From Isoptericola halotolerans (GTDB lineage Bacteria; Actinomycetota; Actinomycetes; Actinomycetales; Cellulomonadaceae): a stretch of 64,000 nucleotides of DNA. This document shows, piece after piece, positions 63,623 to 64,000 of the stretch; within the stretch, counting starts at the first letter, position 1, and each line of letters opens with the position of its first letter. The notes below the pieces were generated by a model. The model made no database searches, had not been told where the DNA came from, and was given only the letters and a program-made list of their open reading frames with translations. The position numbers were made by a program, and so were the translations under genes. The stretch spans positions 310,001 to 374,000 of the forward strand of contig NZ_JABEZU010000003.1 of NCBI RefSeq assembly GCF_013149785.1. The letters are read 5' to 3'.

Positions 63623-64000
63623 ATGACCCAGCTCCAGCCATTCGACTTCGACGGCACCGCCGTCCGGGTCATCACCGACGAGCACGGCGAGCCGTGGTTC
63701 GTGCTCACCGACCTCTGCAAGATCCTCGGCCTCACCCGACGAGCAGCCGCCGTTGCCGAGCGGCTCGCCGACGACGAGAAGGGTGTACGCCTGGCGGACA
63801 CCCCCGGCGGCCCCCAGAACCTCACGATGGTGACCGAGGCCGGCATGTGGACGGTCATCCTCCGCAGCGACTCCCCCGCCGCCGAGCCGGTCCGCCGCTG
63901 GGTCACCCACGAGGTGCTCCCGACGATCCGCCGCACCGGCCAGTACGGCGCCGCCCCGGCGCTCACCGAGGACCAGATCGTCGCCCAGGCGCTGCAGATC
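63623..64000 (+). CDS. Bro-N domain phage antirepressor, 3' truncated by window edge
   Basis: Manual translation MTQLQPFDFDGTAVRVITDEHGEPWFVLTDLCKILGL...DTPGGPQ...VTEAGMW..ILRSD...RRWVTHEVLPTIRRTGQY; AAGGA RBS; absent from ORF track because it has no stop in window. Confidence 0.92.
   Translation, partial: MTQLQPFDFDGTAVRVITDEHGEPWFVLTDLCKILGLTRRAAAVAERLADDEKGVRLADTPGGPQNLTMVTEAGMWTVILRSDSPAAEPVRRWVTHEVLPTIRRTGQYGAAPALTEDQIVAQALQI

Larger units (their letters stand above)
59909..64000. mobile_element. Left arm of a prophage (or phage-like integrative element) inserted at the tRNA-Leu 3' end; continues beyond window
   Basis: tRNA followed by tyrosine integrase, ImmA, divergent XRE repressor/Cro, Bro-N antirepressor; attR and structural genes not in window. 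Confidence 0.88.

Overview
High-GC actinobacterial chromosome segment (gene content and promoter style fit Micrococcales; genus not determinable from this window). Most of it (~16.6-59.9 kb) is conserved core: der-cmk-rluB-scpB-scpA-parA-xerD, ctaB, tkt-tal-zwf-opcA-pgl, rbpA, secG, tpiA-pgk-gap, whiA-yvcK-rapZ-uvrC, uvrA, terC/alx with a yybP-ykoY riboswitch, uvrB, pcp, coaE, rpsA, pfkA, polA, pdtaR. It also holds an FMN-riboswitch rib operon and an AraNPQ-like sugar ABC transporter. The left accessory end (1-7.6 kb, downstream of tRNA-Pro) carries a translationally coupled CHAT protease / gingipain-caspase-like (C25-type) protease / signal-peptide-less M15 peptidoglycan peptidase operon, a LacI-ThuA-Gfo/Idh/MocA module and a tandem pair of small membrane proteins. 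The right end (59.9-64 kb) is the left arm of a prophage in tRNA-Leu(CAA): tyrosine integrase, ImmA, a GNAT plus small-protein pair (candidate toxin-antitoxin/defence module), repressor, Cro and Bro-N antirepressor. The best novelty candidates are the protease-protease-lysin operon, the prophage GNAT pair, and a consensus promoter that appears to read antisense through a lacI gene into the ABC operon. All family assignments come from motif recognition by eye; no searches were run.
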